Source of the DNA: an uncultured Chloroflexia bacterium
GTDB taxonomy: Bacteria > Chloroflexota > Anaerolineae > JAAYZQ01
Direction of reading: 5' to 3'
DNA length: 64,000 nucleotides
NCBI GenBank assembly: GCA_963700285.1
Contig: CAVOXA010000001.1
Span: forward strand, 544,001 to 608,000
In this document: piece after piece, positions 62,932 to 64,000 of the stretch
Layout: each line of letters opens with the position of its first letter
How positions within the stretch are numbered: the stretch's first letter is position 1
The notes under the pieces: generated by a model
Database searches by the model: none
What the model was told of the DNA's origin: nothing
What the model saw: only the letters and a program-made list of their open reading frames with translations
Position numbers and translations under genes: made by a program

Positions 62932-64000
62932 TCAGGGCATCGGGATCTCGTACACCCGCTCCATCATCGGCACCACAATCGGCCAGTCATACCCCGCCGC
63001 CGCAAATTCGCGGGCAACCTTTCCCATCTTCTCCCTGCGCTCCCGGTCCCCCAGCAGCGTCACCACCGCCGCCGCAAATTCCTCCGGCGTGTCGCCCAGC
63101 ACCAGCTCCCGCCCCGAGACCACCTCAAAGCCCTCGGCGCCCACCGTCGTCGACACGATCGCCTTGCCCATGGCCATCGCTTCCAGCACCTTGAGCCGCG
63201 TCCCGCCGCCCATCCGCAGCGGCACGACATATACCCCCGCCCCGGCGATATAGGGCCGCACGTCCTCAACCCAGCCGGTGATCACGATGGCCGGATTCTC
63301 CGCCAGTGGCGCCAGCCGTGGGTGCGGGTCCTTGCCCACCACCCAAAACCGCGTCCCCGGCGCCTCCGCCAGGATCAGCGGCAGGATCTCCAGGGCAAAC
63401 CACAGCACCGCGTCCACGTTCGGCCGGAAATCCATCTTGGCCGTAAAGACCAGGTCCTCCTCCCGCGGCCCCTCGGCCAGCGGCGCAACCGGTTCCGTGC
63501 ACAGCGCCATGTCCACCCCGTTGGGCACCACCGCTGGCTCCAGCCCCGGCACCAGGTCCCGCAGCACCCCCGCATCCGTCTCCGACACGGCCACCACCCG
63601 GTCCGCCGTCTCGCACGCCCGCCGCTCGTAGCCCCGCAGCCGCTGCCACTGCACGAACGAATACGCCGCCGGGATCCAGCGCCCTGGCTGCCTGGCATCT
63701 GTCTCAAAAGCCCGCTGCTGCAGCACATACTCGGCATTGTGGTCGTCGAACACAAGTAGGGGCGACGGGACGTCGCCCTTCTTACCCTCACGCACCTCCG
63801 CCGCCTGAAACAGGTACTGCGCCAGCTCGATCCCCTCCACCTCCACGATATCTGGCCGTTCCCGCGCCATGGTCGCCGCCAGCCGCTCCTCAAACTCCGC
63901 CGAAGGTAGCCGCTGCGCCATATCCGGCAGCCGCGAAAACAGCATGCCCCGCAGCCGCTGCGCCGTGCTCCGCACCGGCGGCGCGACAACCTGGATGCTC
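62932..64000 (-). CDS. GT4 glycosyltransferase (starts beyond the window)
   Basis: DHNAE, VVPNGVD, PN.DA, VVPLR.GGGTRLKVLEAMAMGKAIVST. Confidence 0.92.
   Translation of the reverse strand, partial: SIQVVAPPVRSTAQRLRGMLFSRLPDMAQRLPSAEFEERLAATMARERPDIVEVEGIELAQYLFQAAEVREGKKGDVPSPLLVFDDHNAEYVLQQRAFETDARQPGRWIPAAYSFVQWQRLRGYERRACETADRVVAVSETDAGVLRDLVPGLEPAVVPNGVDMALCTEPVAPLAEGPREEDLVFTAKMDFRPNVDAVLWFALEILPLILAEAPGTRFWVVGKDPHPRLAPLAENPAIVITGWVEDVRPYIAGAGVYVVPLRMGGGTRLKVLEAMAMGKAIVSTTVGAEGFEVVSGRELVLGDTPEEFAAAVVTLLGDRERREKMGKVAREFAAAGYDWPIVVPMMERVYEIPMP

Overview
GC-rich bacterial DNA, most likely from a monoderm Chloroflexota (Anaerolineae-like) genome. This is inferred from sortase-type VPETG tails, 'Y-x-P-I-V' C-termini and gene content. 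Many genes, including proS, are broken by single-base indels, which look like long-read assembly errors rather than real pseudogenes. Between housekeeping flanks (proS on the left; tRNA-Arg, queG, tRNA-Ala/Leu, rnpB and NFACT on the right) lies a ~37 kb respiratory island (4.2-41.5 kb). It carries seven multiheme c cytochromes (~90+ CXXCH motifs by eye), two NrfC/NrfD-type quinol-oxidising modules with no molybdopterin catalytic subunit, a Rieske/cytochrome b module, a NapC-like multiheme protein, two secreted sortase-anchored tandem rhodaneses, two PadR-DUF4388 fusion regulators and two NarL-type two-component systems. Key observation: two paralogous lipoprotein multiheme cytochromes both have an in-frame TGA at the same position (EGEG-U-GGS-x-PPLE), followed by a conserved SECIS-like hairpin, so they are probable selenocysteine-containing cytochromes. 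A palindromic operator TAyTCAG-N2-yTGArTA follows three of the island's promoters. Together these suggest a cell-surface, selenium-dependent sulfur/polysulfide (or Se-oxyanion) respiration system with its own regulon.
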